This document shows positions 1 through 9,520 of a DNA stretch of 64,000 nucleotides, piece by piece; the first letter of the stretch is position 1, and each line of letters begins with the position of its first letter. The translations under genes were made by a program, and so were the position numbers. Source of the DNA: an uncultured Candidatus Rokubacteria bacterium. Lineage in GTDB: Bacteria > Methylomirabilota > Methylomirabilia > Rokubacteriales > CSP1-6. The notes under the pieces are model-generated. The model ran no database searches. It was not told the origin of the DNA and saw only the letters and a program-made list of their open reading frames with translations. The DNA is taken from NCBI GenBank assembly GCA_963747235.1, contig CAVVEU010000017.1:32001-96000 (forward strand). The letters run 5' to 3'.

Positions 1-40
1 TGAACGTCCCTTTCGCCGTGAAGGAGAGGGCATCGCCCAT
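1..40 (-). CDS. 5' end of a gene running off the left edge (MGDALSFTAKGTF...)
   Basis: ATG at 40-38 preceded by purine-rich AGGGGAAG; only 13 codons visible. Confidence 0.35.
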   Translation of the reverse strand, partial: MGDALSFTAKGTF

Positions 41-70
41 CACTTCCCCTTCGGCCCATGCTCGGAGAGA

Positions 71-1090
71 CTACTCGATCACCTGATCCGCCCGCTGCAG
101 GAGCGACGGCGGGATCGTGAGGCCGAGCGCCTTGGCGGTCTTGAGGTTGATGACCAGATCAAACCTTGTGGATTGTTCCACAGGGAGCTCGCCCGGCCTT
201 GCCCCTCTCAGAATCTTGTCCACGAAGGTAGCTGCCCGGTGCCACAGCTCGCTACGGTTCGGGCCGTAGGCCATCAGGCCACCGGCCTCCGCAAAAGTTG
301 GCAATCCGAAGATCGCCGGCAGACGGTGTTTCACTGCAACATCCGCGATCTGAGCTGAACAGACGTTGATCATCGCATCCTCGAGCACCACAAGGCCCCA
401 CCGGCCTTGGCTGATGCGCACCAAAGCATCGCCGACGTCTGGGGGCGCTTGGATCTTGATGTGCTGGACATCGATCCCTAACGTCTTGGCGGTTGTTTCG
501 ATCCGTTTGACGGCAGGCCCGTGGACGGCATTGCTTGGGTTCCAGACAGTAGCAACACGGGTGAGCGTCGGAATCGCCTCCTTGAGAAGTTGGAGACGCT
601 TTGCACCGAGCTCGGGGAGAAAGAAGGACGCCCCCGTGAGGTTGCCGCCGGGGTGGGCGAGATTAGTAACAAGGCCGGCTGCCACCGGATCGCCAGTGAC
701 CGTCATGACGATCGGTATCGTTGTGGTCGCTTGTGTCGCCGCTCGAGTCGGCGGTGTACCTTCTGTGACGACAATGTCCACCTTGAGCCGGACTAGGTCG
801 GCTGCGAGCGCTCGCAGTCGGTCGTAATGCCCGTCCGCATATCTTAACTCGATGGTAATGTTCCGTCCCTCGACGTAACCGAGATCGCGTAGCGCTTGCC
901 GGAAGATCTCGATGTAAGGCGAGGCAAAGGCTTCCGAGGCCCCGATCAGGAGGCCGATCCGGTAGATTTTCGTGGATTGCTGCGCCTCAGCGGCATGGGG
1001 CGCGGCGAGGAGGCTGCCAGTGATGACCGCCATGAAGGCGCGTCGCGGCATCTCCGGCGAGCAGATAGAGGCCATCGGGTCCCTCGTCAT
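71..1090 (-). CDS. ABC transporter substrate-binding protein (ABC_sub_bind / putative Trp-Tyr type)
   Basis: RR-containing signal region, GDPVAAGLV...PGGNLTG, C-terminal LVINLKTAKALGLTIP motif; true start may be the later Met (MPRRAF). Confidence 0.9.
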   Translation of the reverse strand: MTRDPMASICSPEMPRRAFMAVITGSLLAAPHAAEAQQSTKIYRIGLLIGASEAFASPYIEIFRQALRDLGYVEGRNITIELRYADGHYDRLRALAADLVRLKVDIVVTEGTPPTRAATQATTTIPIVMTVTGDPVAAGLVTNLAHPGGNLTGASFFLPELGAKRLQLLKEAIPTLTRVATVWNPSNAVHGPAVKRIETTAKTLGIDVQHIKIQAPPDVGDALVRISQGRWGLVVLEDAMINVCSAQIADVAVKHRLPAIFGLPTFAEAGGLMAYGPNRSELWHRAATFVDKILRGARPGELPVEQSTRFDLVINLKTAKALGLTIPPSLLQRADQVIE

Positions 1091-1307
1091 GGTCTGGCCG
1101 TGAGTCTACCAGCGTCGGCGGGCGTGGGCCGCGGGAGGTGTGCCTACTGCGTCGCCAGGACCGGGGCGAAGGGCGGGAAGACGCTGTGCGCGCCGAGATC
1201 ACTGGGCGCGGCGGAAGCGCCTGAGTGTCCGGAGTTCGCCGAGAATCCGCGCGTGTGCGGCGCCAAGCGCGCGCCACGGTGCGCTGCGAGGTATAACATA
1301 GTGCCGC

Positions 1308-2270
1308 ATGCACGGAGCCCAGGGACTCGATGCCCGGTTGGGCCGGCAGCTCGTCCTGGACGAGCTGTTCGATCTCACGCTCTACCAGTCCCTGCTGCGG
1401 ATGGCGCCCGCCGGCCTCCGACCGATTCTCGAGCAGCTCATTCCGATCGAGACGCGCCACTACGGGTTCTGGCAGGAATTCTTCGGTCTGAAGATCGCGA
1501 CGCTCGATCTTCCGCGGCGGGCGAAGCTCGCGCTCCTGGTGGGCCTCGCGCGGCTGCTCGGGGCGCCGGGCATTCATCTGATCCTGGAGGCCATCGAGGT
1601 CTACGGGGTCCGCAAGTACCTCGCGGTGTGGCGGCAGTACGAGGGGGGACCGCTGGGCGTGGCGGTGCGGGGCATCCTGGAGGACGAGTTCAAGCACGAG
1701 GACGCGGTGGTCATGGCGGACTCCGAGCGCCAGATGAATCCCCAGCGGGTGCGCGACATCTTCCTCGGGCTGAACGACGGCCTCGTGGAGATCCTGGGGG
1801 CGGTCAGCGGCTTCTTCGGGGCGTTCGCCAACACGACGACCGTGCTGATCGCCGGGATGATGGTGGGCGTCGCGGGCGCGCTGTCCATGGGGGCGGGCGC
1901 CTATCTCGCGGGGAGCTCCGAGGCGGAGGTCCGCGATACCGAGGACCGGCGGCGCCGGTTCCTCGGGGAGGCGGAGGCCACGGTGGAATCCGCCGACACG
2001 CCGCTGGCCTCCGGCGTGCGGGTCGGGGTCAGCTACGTGATCGGCGCGGTCGTGCCGATCCTGCCGGTGCTGTTCGGCGCCCGGACGTTGCTGCCCTCGC
2101 TGGTGGTGGCCGGCGGCGTGATCGTCCTCGTCTCCACGATCCTCGCGTTCCTCTCCGGCATGAACGTCAAGCGGCGCATCCTGCTGAACCTGGCCATCAT
2201 GGCCGCGGCGGTGGCGATCAGCTACCTCATCGGGCTGGTGGCCCAGTCGGTATGGGGCATCACCGTCTGA
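1308..2270 (+). CDS. Ferritin/rubrerythrin-like N-domain fused to VIT1/CCC1 iron/manganese transporter
   Basis: ETRH and EFKH ExxH motifs in N-half; LGLNDGLV and AGALSMGAGAYL VIT1 motifs, hydrophobic C-half. Confidence 0.85.
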   Translation: MHGAQGLDARLGRQLVLDELFDLTLYQSLLRMAPAGLRPILEQLIPIETRHYGFWQEFFGLKIATLDLPRRAKLALLVGLARLLGAPGIHLILEAIEVYGVRKYLAVWRQYEGGPLGVAVRGILEDEFKHEDAVVMADSERQMNPQRVRDIFLGLNDGLVEILGAVSGFFGAFANTTTVLIAGMMVGVAGALSMGAGAYLAGSSEAEVRDTEDRRRRFLGEAEATVESADTPLASGVRVGVSYVIGAVVPILPVLFGARTLLPSLVVAGGVIVLVSTILAFLSGMNVKRRILLNLAIMAAAVAISYLIGLVAQSVWGITV

Positions 2271-2276
2271 GCGGCC

Positions 2277-3530
2277 TCACGCCGTGACCGCGCGGGCGCG
2301 CCCCCACATGGCCGCGCGCCACCGGAGGGCGATGAGCGCGGTCAGGACGATCCCGGCCGCGGCCATCGCGGTGATGGTGAGCGGGTACCCGATCCGCTCG
2401 ATCAGCGCGCCGGACGCGATCAGCCCGATCGGGAGGCCGTAGACGCAGAGGGAGCGCACGCCCATGACCCGCGCGCGGAAGCCCGGGCCCGAGGCGGTGA
2501 GGAGCGTCGCGGTCATCGAGATCATCGCGACGCTCTGCACGAAGCCGGTGGCCAGCAGCACGAGCAATCCGGGCCCCAGCGTCGGCACGTGCGCGAAGAC
2601 GAGCAGCAGCCCGTACCAGAGCAGGGTGTGCACGAGCGTGTAGCGCTCCGGATGGCGTGGCCCGCCGGTGACCACCATCGCGATCGAGGCCAGCAGCGCC
2701 CCGAACGAGAACGCGGCGGCCAGCCAGCCCAGCCCCGTCGCGTCCACCTGGTACACGCGCTGCGCGATGTAGGGCAGGAGGCCGCCCGAGGCCGGGTACG
2801 CGGTGAGGTTGATCAGGAACGCGAGCCACATCGGCGCCAGGAGCTGCGGCCGGCTCAGGATGTGCGCGACCCCGTCCTTCAGCTCGCCCCATCCCCAATC
2901 CCTCTCCCCCGAGAGGGGGAGCGGGTAGGGTGAGGGGGCGCCCGGATCCGGCACCGGCCGCGCCCGCGCGACCCCGAACGTGAGCGCCAGGCTCGCCAGG
3001 TAGAAGCACGTCACGAACACGTAGGTGAGGCCGATCCCCAGGATGGTGGACAGCCCGGCGCCCGCCAGCGCGCCGCCCACGCGGGCGGAATCCATGGTGG
3101 CGCGCGACATGCCGAGCGCGCCCATCAGGTGGTCGGGCGGGATCGTCTCGCCGATCAGCGCGTTGCGCATCACGAGGTCGTTGGGGCGCACGATGCCGTT
3201 GAGCGCGGCCAGCACGATGGCCCAGGCCGGCGTCAGCCAGCCGGTGAAGGCCAGGACCATCACGGTCACCGCGAGCGTGGCGTAGATCGCGCGCATCGCG
3301 CAGAGCATGAGGCGGCCGCCCACCCGGTCGCCCAGCACGCCGAACATGGGCGCGGCGAGCGTGCCGAGGAACTGCGCGGAGCCGAAGAGGGTGAGCAGCA
3401 GCACCGAGCCGGTCTGCACCATCACGTACCAGCCCAGGATGAGCGTCTCCATCTCGAACGCCCAGGAGGTGAGGAGGTCGGCGGGCCACTGGAAGCGGAA
3501 GCTGCGGACGCGGAAGGCGGCGAGGATCAA
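2277..3530 (-). CDS. MFS transporter
   Basis: About 12 hydrophobic segments, GVLGDRVGGR motif A; TTG start overlapping the upstream stop (TTGA). Confidence 0.85.
   Translation of the reverse strand: MILAAFRVRSFRFQWPADLLTSWAFEMETLILGWYVMVQTGSVLLLTLFGSAQFLGTLAAPMFGVLGDRVGGRLMLCAMRAIYATLAVTVMVLAFTGWLTPAWAIVLAALNGIVRPNDLVMRNALIGETIPPDHLMGALGMSRATMDSARVGGALAGAGLSTILGIGLTYVFVTCFYLASLALTFGVARARPVPDPGAPSPYPLPLSGERDWGWGELKDGVAHILSRPQLLAPMWLAFLINLTAYPASGGLLPYIAQRVYQVDATGLGWLAAAFSFGALLASIAMVVTGGPRHPERYTLVHTLLWYGLLLVFAHVPTLGPGLLVLLATGFVQSVAMISMTATLLTASGPGFRARVMGVRSLCVYGLPIGLIASGALIERIGYPLTITAMAAAGIVLTALIALRWRAAMWGRARAVTA
2900..2938 (-). repeat. Palindromic dispersed element inside the MFS CDS (CCCCCTCACCCTA-CCCGCTCCCCC-TCTC-GGGGGAGAGGG)
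   Basis: Hairpin plus CCCCTCACCCT tail; related copy at 48534-48568. Confidence 0.75.
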
Positions 3531-4540
3531 AGAGCGCCGGCGACCTCCTTCATCCACCGGCGCATGAAGGCGCGCGGATCCGGCACGAAGCCGGTGATCA
3601 TGAACTGGCGCGCGCCCGCCCCCATCGCGCGCCGGAGCTGGGCCACGCAGTCGGCGGGCGTGCCCGCGACCGCGAAGCGGTCGGCCAGGAACTCGGTGAG
3701 GTCCCAGCGGTCGGGCAGGCTCGCGTTGGCGGCGCCCGCGATCTCGTGGTGGTGCGCGTTGTACTCGCGCTGGAGCGCGCGGATCTTCTCGTGCAGGTCG
3801 GCCGGCACGCCCTTGCCCTCGAGCGTGAAGCGGAAGGCGTGGTTGGCGCTCGCGGCCAGCGCCATCTTGATCGGCTCGATCGCGGCGGCGCGGCTGTCGG
3901 CCAGGCTGGTCTTGGCGAACCACCAGACGTCCACGTCGTCGAGCGTGCGCCCCGCCGCGCGCGCGCCGCGCTCGATCGCGGCGAGCGACAGCGCGATCAC
4001 GTCCGGCGTCAGGCCGAGGCCGCAGATCACCCCGTCGGCGACGCGGCCGGCCAGCTCGAGCGTGCGCGGGCCCTCGGCGGCCAGGTAGATCGGCACGCGG
4101 CGCGTCGAGCGGTGCACGCGCCACGGCCGGCCGCCGCGGTCCACCGCCTCGCCCGTGGTCAGCCGGCCGAGCGTCGCGATCGCGTCCTCGAGCCCGGCCA
4201 CCGTGGCGGGCGGGGCGCCGATCGTGTAGATCGCGCTGTCGCCCGAGCCCAGGCCGAGCACGGCGCGCCCGCCCGCGAGCTCGTCCACGCTGGCGATGGC
4301 GCTCGCGGTGACCACCAGGTGCCGTGTCTGCGGATTGGTGACGAGGGGGCCGAGCTTCACGCGGCGCGTATTGAGCGCGGCGAGCGTGAGGGCGACGTAG
4401 AGCTCGCGGAAGACCGACTGCGAGTCGGCCACGCCGAGCCAGTCGAAGCCGGCCGCCTCCGTCTCGCGGCAGAGCTCGCCGAACTCGGTGAGCGACTCCG
4501 GGAGGAGCACGATGCCGAACCGCGCCGTTGCGGCGGTCAT
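3527..4540 (-). CDS. LLM-class (luciferase-like) flavin/F420-dependent oxidoreductase
   Basis: GPLVTNPQTRH, GRAVLGLGSG, PIYLAAEGPRTLELAGRVADG motifs. Confidence 0.88.
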   Translation of the reverse strand: MTAATARFGIVLLPESLTEFGELCRETEAAGFDWLGVADSQSVFRELYVALTLAALNTRRVKLGPLVTNPQTRHLVVTASAIASVDELAGGRAVLGLGSGDSAIYTIGAPPATVAGLEDAIATLGRLTTGEAVDRGGRPWRVHRSTRRVPIYLAAEGPRTLELAGRVADGVICGLGLTPDVIALSLAAIERGARAAGRTLDDVDVWWFAKTSLADSRAAAIEPIKMALAASANHAFRFTLEGKGVPADLHEKIRALQREYNAHHHEIAGAANASLPDRWDLTEFLADRFAVAGTPADCVAQLRRAMGAGARQFMITGFVPDPRAFMRRWMKEVAGAL

Positions 4541-4669
4541 GATCGGCCACACCCTAGCACCGACCGCGGCTTGACGTCTCCGGAATTGGGGCGCAGACTT
4601 CGCGGGTGCCGCCGTCGTGGCGGTGATTCCGAGCGCGTCCCAGCACAGCCCAGCATAGGAGGGTCGGCG

Positions 4670-5287
4670 ATGATCTACGAGTTCCGGACCTATACCCTGA
4701 AGCCCCGCAGCCTGGCCGAGGTGGAGAAGCGCTACGCCGAGGCCTACGAGTACCGGAAGAAGTACTCGCCGCTCACCGCCTTCTGGCACACCGAGATCGG
4801 CCCGCTCAACGAGATCATCCACGTGTGGGGCTACAAGGACCTGGCCGAGCGCGCCCGCATCCGGGCCGAGGCGTCCAAGGACGCGAACTGGCCGCCCAAG
4901 ATCCGCGACTTCGTCATCGATCAGGACGTGGAGATCCTGACCCCGTTCTCCTTCGTCCCCGACATCACGCCGGGCACGCTGGGCCCGATCTTCGAGATCC
5001 GGCGCTACAGCCTCATGGCGGGCTCGCTGCCCGGCGTCGCGAAGCGCTGGGAGGGCGCCATCGGCGAGCGGATCAAGCTCTCGCCGCTGGTGCTGGCCGC
5101 CGGGGTGGAGTTCGGCGCCGCGAACCGGTTCGTGCACATCTGGGGGTACAAGAGCATGGACCAGCGGCTGGCCGTCCGGGAGCAGGCGCGCAAGGCGGGC
5201 ATCTGGCCGCCGGCGGGCGGCGGCGACGAGCTGATCGCGCAGTCGAGCAAGATCGTCATGCCGTCGGCGTTCTCGCCGCTGCAGTAG
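4670..5287 (+). CDS. NIPSNAP family protein (two domains)
   Basis: IYEFRTYTL...EIGPLNEIIHVWGY repeated as IFEIRRYSL...FVHIWGY; AGGAGG RBS. Confidence 0.9.
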   Translation: MIYEFRTYTLKPRSLAEVEKRYAEAYEYRKKYSPLTAFWHTEIGPLNEIIHVWGYKDLAERARIRAEASKDANWPPKIRDFVIDQDVEILTPFSFVPDITPGTLGPIFEIRRYSLMAGSLPGVAKRWEGAIGERIKLSPLVLAAGVEFGAANRFVHIWGYKSMDQRLAVREQARKAGIWPPAGGGDELIAQSSKIVMPSAFSPLQ

Positions 5288-5297
5288 GAGCGACGCG

Positions 5298-5840
5298 ATG
5301 CCTCCGACCAAGCTCGCCCATCTCGTGTTCCAGACCAATCGCCTGCCCGCGATGCGGGACTGGTACTGCACCGTGCTCGACGGGCGCGTGATCTAGGAGA
5401 ACGACCACCTCTCCTTCGTGACCTACGACGACGAGCACCACCGCGTGGCCTTCATCGACTTCGGCCCGCTCGCCTCCCGGGACCTGGCGGGAGGCGACCT
5501 CCGGTACCGGCCCACCGACCAGCCCGGCCTGCATCACGTCGCGTTCACGTTCGCCTCGATGGGCGAGCTGCTCGGCAACTACGAGCGGCTCGCCGCGCGG
5601 GGCATTCGCCCGTTCCGCTCCATCAACCACGGCCCGACGACGTCCATGTACTACGTCGACCCCGACGGCAACCGGGTGGAGCTGCAGATCGACAACTTCG
5701 CCACCGCCGAGGAAGGGCAGGCCTGGATGCTCTCGCCCGCCTTCGACCGCAACCCGATCGGCGTCGAGTTCGACCCCGACGACCTGGTCCGCCGCTTCCA
5801 CGCCGGCGTCCCGGTCGCCGAGCTCGTCATCCGCGACTAG
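5298..5840 (+). pseudogene. VOC/glyoxalase family protein with in-frame TAG at 5394-5396 (codon 33)
   Basis: MPPTKLAHLVFQT...VI*ENDHLSFVTYDDEHHR...GLHHVAF...NHGPTTSMYYVDPDGNRVELQ all in one frame; RBS AGGAG. Confidence 0.75.
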
Positions 5841-5842
5841 CC

Positions 5843-5868
5843 GGGGTCAGGTCTTGCATTTCGACATT
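5843..5868 (+). repeat. Dispersed intergenic motif GGGGTCAGGTCTTGCAT-N3-GACATT, copy 1
   Basis: 23/26 identical to 19442-19467. Confidence 0.7.
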
Positions 5869-5882
5869 TCTGGCCGCGCCAC

Positions 5883-6408
5883 ATGACTTCCAAGCCACTG
5901 AAGCCGCCAGTCGTCGCCGCGTTGCTGCAGTCCGCGGCCGCGACGATCCATGCGGAGCTGGCCGCGTTGCCCGCTCCGGTGCTCGAGTTCCACCCGGCCG
6001 AGGGCGAGTGGTGCGCCAAGGAAGTGCTCGGCCACCTCATCGAGTGCGAGCAGCGCGGCTTCTCGGGCCGGATCCGCATCATCCTGAAGAGCGACGGCAG
6101 CCCGCGCGCTCGAGGGCTGGGACCAGGACGCGGTCGCGCGCGCCCGGAAGGACTGCGCGCGCGACTGGCCGACGCTCTATCACGAGTTCCTCCAGCTCCG
6201 GAGCGCCAGCGTCACGCAGGTGGCCGGGCTCGCGCCGGCGGACCTGGCGCGCGGCGGCCGACATCCCAAGGTCGGCGTTCTCACCGTGGCCGACCTGCTC
6301 CACGAGTGGGTGCACCACGACCGCAACCACATCCGCCAGATGCTGGCCAACGTGCAGGCCTACGCCTGGCCGCACATGGGTAACGCGCAGCGCTTCTCCC
6401 TGCCCTAG
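5883..6408 (+). CDS. DinB/YfiT family metal-dependent protein, +1 frameshift near 6105
   Basis: W..KEVLGHL N-part and WVHHDRNH C-part in adjacent frames. Confidence 0.8.
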
Positions 6409-7655
6409 GCGCGCGCCCCGCCGATCGCGCGGCCCGCCTGCGCGACCGCGGCGTCGTCGATCGCGCCCGCGCCGGAGATCACCGGGACCGGCCCGTCCAT
6501 CAGGTGCGGGTAGCGCAGGCCGGTGGCGGTGTTGAAGACCACCACCCGCGACGTCGGGCCCAGCTGTCCCTCGCGGACCATGCGGCGCACCGCCGCGACG
6601 GTCGCCGCGCCTTCCGGCGAGAGGAAGAGTCCCTCGTGCCGGTTCACCCAGCGCATCATCTCGAGGCTCTCCGCGTCGGGCACGCCCACCGCCCAGCCCT
6701 TGGTGGCGCGCAGGGCGCGCAGGGCCACGTGATCGGAGAAGGGCTTCACCACCATGATGCCGGGCGCGATGGTCTCCACGTGCTGGGCGCCCAGGCACTC
6801 CTCCGCTCCCTCGTGGAACGCCTTCACCAGCGCGCCGCCCTCGACCTGCACCGAGACCAGGCGCGGCCGCTCGCTGCCGATCCAGCCGAGCTCCTGCAGC
6901 TCGTCGAAGACCTTCCACATCCCGATGATCCCGACCCCGCCGCCGGTGGGATACAGGATGGCGTCCGGGGTCTGCCAGCCGAGCTGCTCGGCGATCTCGA
7001 TGCCCATCGTTTTCTTGCCCTCGAAGCGGTACGGCTCGCGGCCCGCGCCGGCCAGCAGCCAGCCGTGGCGCGCGGCCGCCTCGCCCATCATCCGGAAGAC
7101 GTCGCCGATCGTGCCGTCCACGCGGTAGACGTGCGCGCCGTTCTGCAGGCTGCCCTTCCAGCCGAGTTCCGGGCACGACACCGGGAGCGCGGTGTGGATC
7201 TCCACCCCCGCGCGCGCCCCGTACGCGGCCCACGCGTGGCCGCCGCTGCCCACGGTGGGCTGGGCGAAGCGGGTGATCCCCAGCTCCTTCCACCGGGAGA
7301 TGGACGCGGACGCGCCGCGGGCCTTGAAGGTGCCGGTCGGGTTGACGCCCTCGTCCTTCACCCACAGCTCGCCGACCCCGGTCTCGCGCGCCGCCTTCGG
7401 CACCGGGATCATCGGGGTGAAGCCCTCGCCCATGGTCACGATCGACGCCTCGTCGCGGACCGGGAGCAGCTCGCGATAGCGCCACATGGTGGGCGGGCGC
7501 CGCGCGATGTCGTCCGGGGTGACCGCCTTGCGGATGCCGGCCAGGTCGTAGCGGGCCAGCAGCGTGCTCCCGCAGTCGCAGAGCGCGCGCGCGGTGTCGC
7601 CGGGATAGTAGGCGGAGCAGCGGGTGCATTCGAGGCCGGCCAGGAAACCCGTCAT
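6405..7655 (-). CDS. Threonine-synthase-like PLP-dependent enzyme (fold type II)
   Basis: N-terminal CxxC..CxC, MWRYRELLP, NPTGTFKARG (PLP Lys), EGKKTMG, PTGGG. Confidence 0.85.
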   Translation of the reverse strand: MTGFLAGLECTRCSAYYPGDTARALCDCGSTLLARYDLAGIRKAVTPDDIARRPPTMWRYRELLPVRDEASIVTMGEGFTPMIPVPKAARETGVGELWVKDEGVNPTGTFKARGASASISRWKELGITRFAQPTVGSGGHAWAAYGARAGVEIHTALPVSCPELGWKGSLQNGAHVYRVDGTIGDVFRMMGEAAARHGWLLAGAGREPYRFEGKKTMGIEIAEQLGWQTPDAILYPTGGGVGIIGMWKVFDELQELGWIGSERPRLVSVQVEGGALVKAFHEGAEECLGAQHVETIAPGIMVVKPFSDHVALRALRATKGWAVGVPDAESLEMMRWVNRHEGLFLSPEGAATVAAVRRMVREGQLGPTSRVVVFNTATGLRYPHLMDGPVPVISGAGAIDDAAVAQAGRAIGGARA

Positions 7656-7694
7656 CGTCTCTCTCCCTCCGGAGATCTCGTCTCGCGGCGCGGC

Positions 7695-8537
7695 TCAGCC
7701 GCGGCGGCCCCGGCCGCGCAGCCGCGGCTCGAGGAGGTCGCGGGCGCCGTCGCCCAGGACGTTCATGGATAGCACGATCACCATGATGGCGAGCCCGGGA
7801 AACGTGGCCAGCCACCAGCCCCGGATCAGGTACTCCTTGCCGTCGGCCAGGGCCAGGCCCCAGCTCGGCGTCGGGGGCGGCACGCCCAGCCCCAGGAAGC
7901 TCAGCGTGGATTCCAGCACGATCAGGCGGCCGATCTCGGTGGTCATGATCACGAGCGCGTACGACACCACGTTCGGCAGCACGTGGCGCAGCAGGATCCG
8001 CCAGGCCGGGCAGCCGAGGCCGCGGGCGGCCTGGATGAAGTCGGTCTCGCGCAGGCTCAGGGTCTGGCCGCGCACCACCCGCGCGTAGGTCACCCAGCCG
8101 CTCAGGGCGAGGATGACGAGGAGGTTCGGCAGGCTCGGGCCGAGGACCGCGATCACGGTGATGGCGAAGAGCAGGAACGGGAAGGCGAGCTGGATGTCGA
8201 TCAGCTTGGCGATCACCGAGTCGGCGCGGCCGCGGAAGTAGCCGCCGAGCATGCCCAGCGCGAGGCCCACGGTTCCGCCGATCAGCGAGGAGACCACCCC
8301 GACCAGCAGCGACACGCGAGCGCCGTAGATGATCCGGCTCAGGATGTCCCGCCCGAGCTGGTCGGTTCCGAGCAGGTGCCGGGATCGCCCCGCCTCGGTC
8401 CAGGCCGGCGGCTGCAGCCGCGCGGAGAGATCGCCCCGCGTCGGGTCGTAGGGGGCGAGCTGGGGCGCCAGCGCCGCGCACACGAGCGCGGCGATCACCG
8501 GCAGCGCGGCCAGGATCACGGGCCACCGGAGGCGCAT
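7695..8537 (-). CDS. dppC: Peptide/nickel ABC transporter permease (DppC-like)
   Basis: HLLGTDQLGRD, LSFLGLG..PP..SWG; TGATG overlap with upstream gene. Confidence 0.9.
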   Translation of the reverse strand: MRLRWPVILAALPVIAALVCAALAPQLAPYDPTRGDLSARLQPPAWTEAGRSRHLLGTDQLGRDILSRIIYGARVSLLVGVVSSLIGGTVGLALGMLGGYFRGRADSVIAKLIDIQLAFPFLLFAITVIAVLGPSLPNLLVILALSGWVTYARVVRGQTLSLRETDFIQAARGLGCPAWRILLRHVLPNVVSYALVIMTTEIGRLIVLESTLSFLGLGVPPPTPSWGLALADGKEYLIRGWWLATFPGLAIMVIVLSMNVLGDGARDLLEPRLRGRGRRG

Positions 8538-9457
8538 CAGGCTTCGAGCTTGACGCGCGGGTCGAGCCACGCGTAGCAGAGGTCCACCAGGACATTGCCC
8601 AGGATGAAGATCATCGCCATCACGAAGACCGCGGCTTCCACGAGCGGGAAGTCGCGGTTGTAGATCGCGAAGATCATGAGCCGCCCCACCCCCGGCCACG
8701 AGAAGATCATCTCGCACACGATCGCGCCGCCCAGCAGCAGCCCGAACTGGAGGCCGATCACGGTGACGATGGGCAGGGCCGCGTTCCGGAGCGTGTGCTT
8801 CCACACGATCTGGCGCTCGGGCAGCCCCTTGGCCCGCGCGGTGCGCACGTAGTCGGCGTCGAGCACCTCGAGCATGCCCGACCGCACGAGGCGGGCGATG
8901 GACGCCATCGGGTAGCTGGCCAGCGTCAGGGCGGGCAGGATCAGGTGCCGCCAGGTGCCGTAGCCCGACGTGGGGAAGAGCTGGAGGATCACCGCCCCGA
9001 CCAGCATCAGCATCAGTCCGGTCCAGAAGATCGGCGCGGACTGGCCGAGCGCCGCGAGCGCCACCGCGAGGTGATCGAGGACGCTGCCGCGCCGCGACGC
9101 CGCGAAGATGCCCAGCGGCAGGGCCACGACCAGGGCGAGCGCGAGCGCGCTCGCGGCCAGGAGCATCGAGGCGGGCAGGCGCTCGACCACGAGGGCCATC
9201 GCGGGCTGCTGATGCTGGAGCGAGTCGCCGAAGTCGCCCCGCGCGACCCGGCCGAGGAACCGGCCGTACTGGACGATCACCGGCTGGTCGAGCCCGAGCG
9301 TCCTGGTGAGCGCCTCGATCTCGTCGCGGCCCGCGTTCGGGGGCAGGAGCATCATCACCGGGTCGCCGGTGAGGTGCAGCACCACGAACACGAGCGAGAG
9401 GACGCAGAACACCACGATCACGGTGTGCCACAGCTTCTGGATCAGGAAGTCGCGCAC
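8537..9457 (-). CDS. dppB: Peptide/nickel ABC transporter permease (DppB-like)
   Basis: YVRTARAKGL, KHTLRNA, FSWPGVG, RDFP motifs. Confidence 0.9.
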   Translation of the reverse strand: MRDFLIQKLWHTVIVVFCVLSLVFVVLHLTGDPVMMLLPPNAGRDEIEALTRTLGLDQPVIVQYGRFLGRVARGDFGDSLQHQQPAMALVVERLPASMLLAASALALALVVALPLGIFAASRRGSVLDHLAVALAALGQSAPIFWTGLMLMLVGAVILQLFPTSGYGTWRHLILPALTLASYPMASIARLVRSGMLEVLDADYVRTARAKGLPERQIVWKHTLRNAALPIVTVIGLQFGLLLGGAIVCEMIFSWPGVGRLMIFAIYNRDFPLVEAAVFVMAMIFILGNVLVDLCYAWLDPRVKLEA

Positions 9458-9468
9458 GAGGTGATCGG

Positions 9469-9517
9469 GGCCGGCGCCGGGCGCGGGGGCGCGGGCCCCC
9501 GGCGTCCGGCGCCGGCC
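9469..9517 (-). terminator. Long GC-rich intercistronic stem-loop between SBP and permease
   Basis: GGCCGGCGCCGG...CCGGCGCCGGCC arms with inner GGGGGC/GCCCCC; no U-tract, so more likely an mRNA-stabilising hairpin. Confidence 0.45.
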
Positions 9518-9520
9518 GGG

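Noticed and set aside
2277-5371. Apparent fusions in the ORF track (LLM+MFS, SBP+DppC, amidohydrolase+SBP, LivH+LivG)
   Set aside because: Only the 3' part of each long ORF has recognisable motifs; upstream parts are off-frame readings of neighbouring genes with their own starts
5394-5396. Pyrrolysine or genome-wide TAG reassignment
   Set aside because: TAG terminates many intact genes here (e.g. 5287, 5840, 25377); single occurrence and no pyl genes seen
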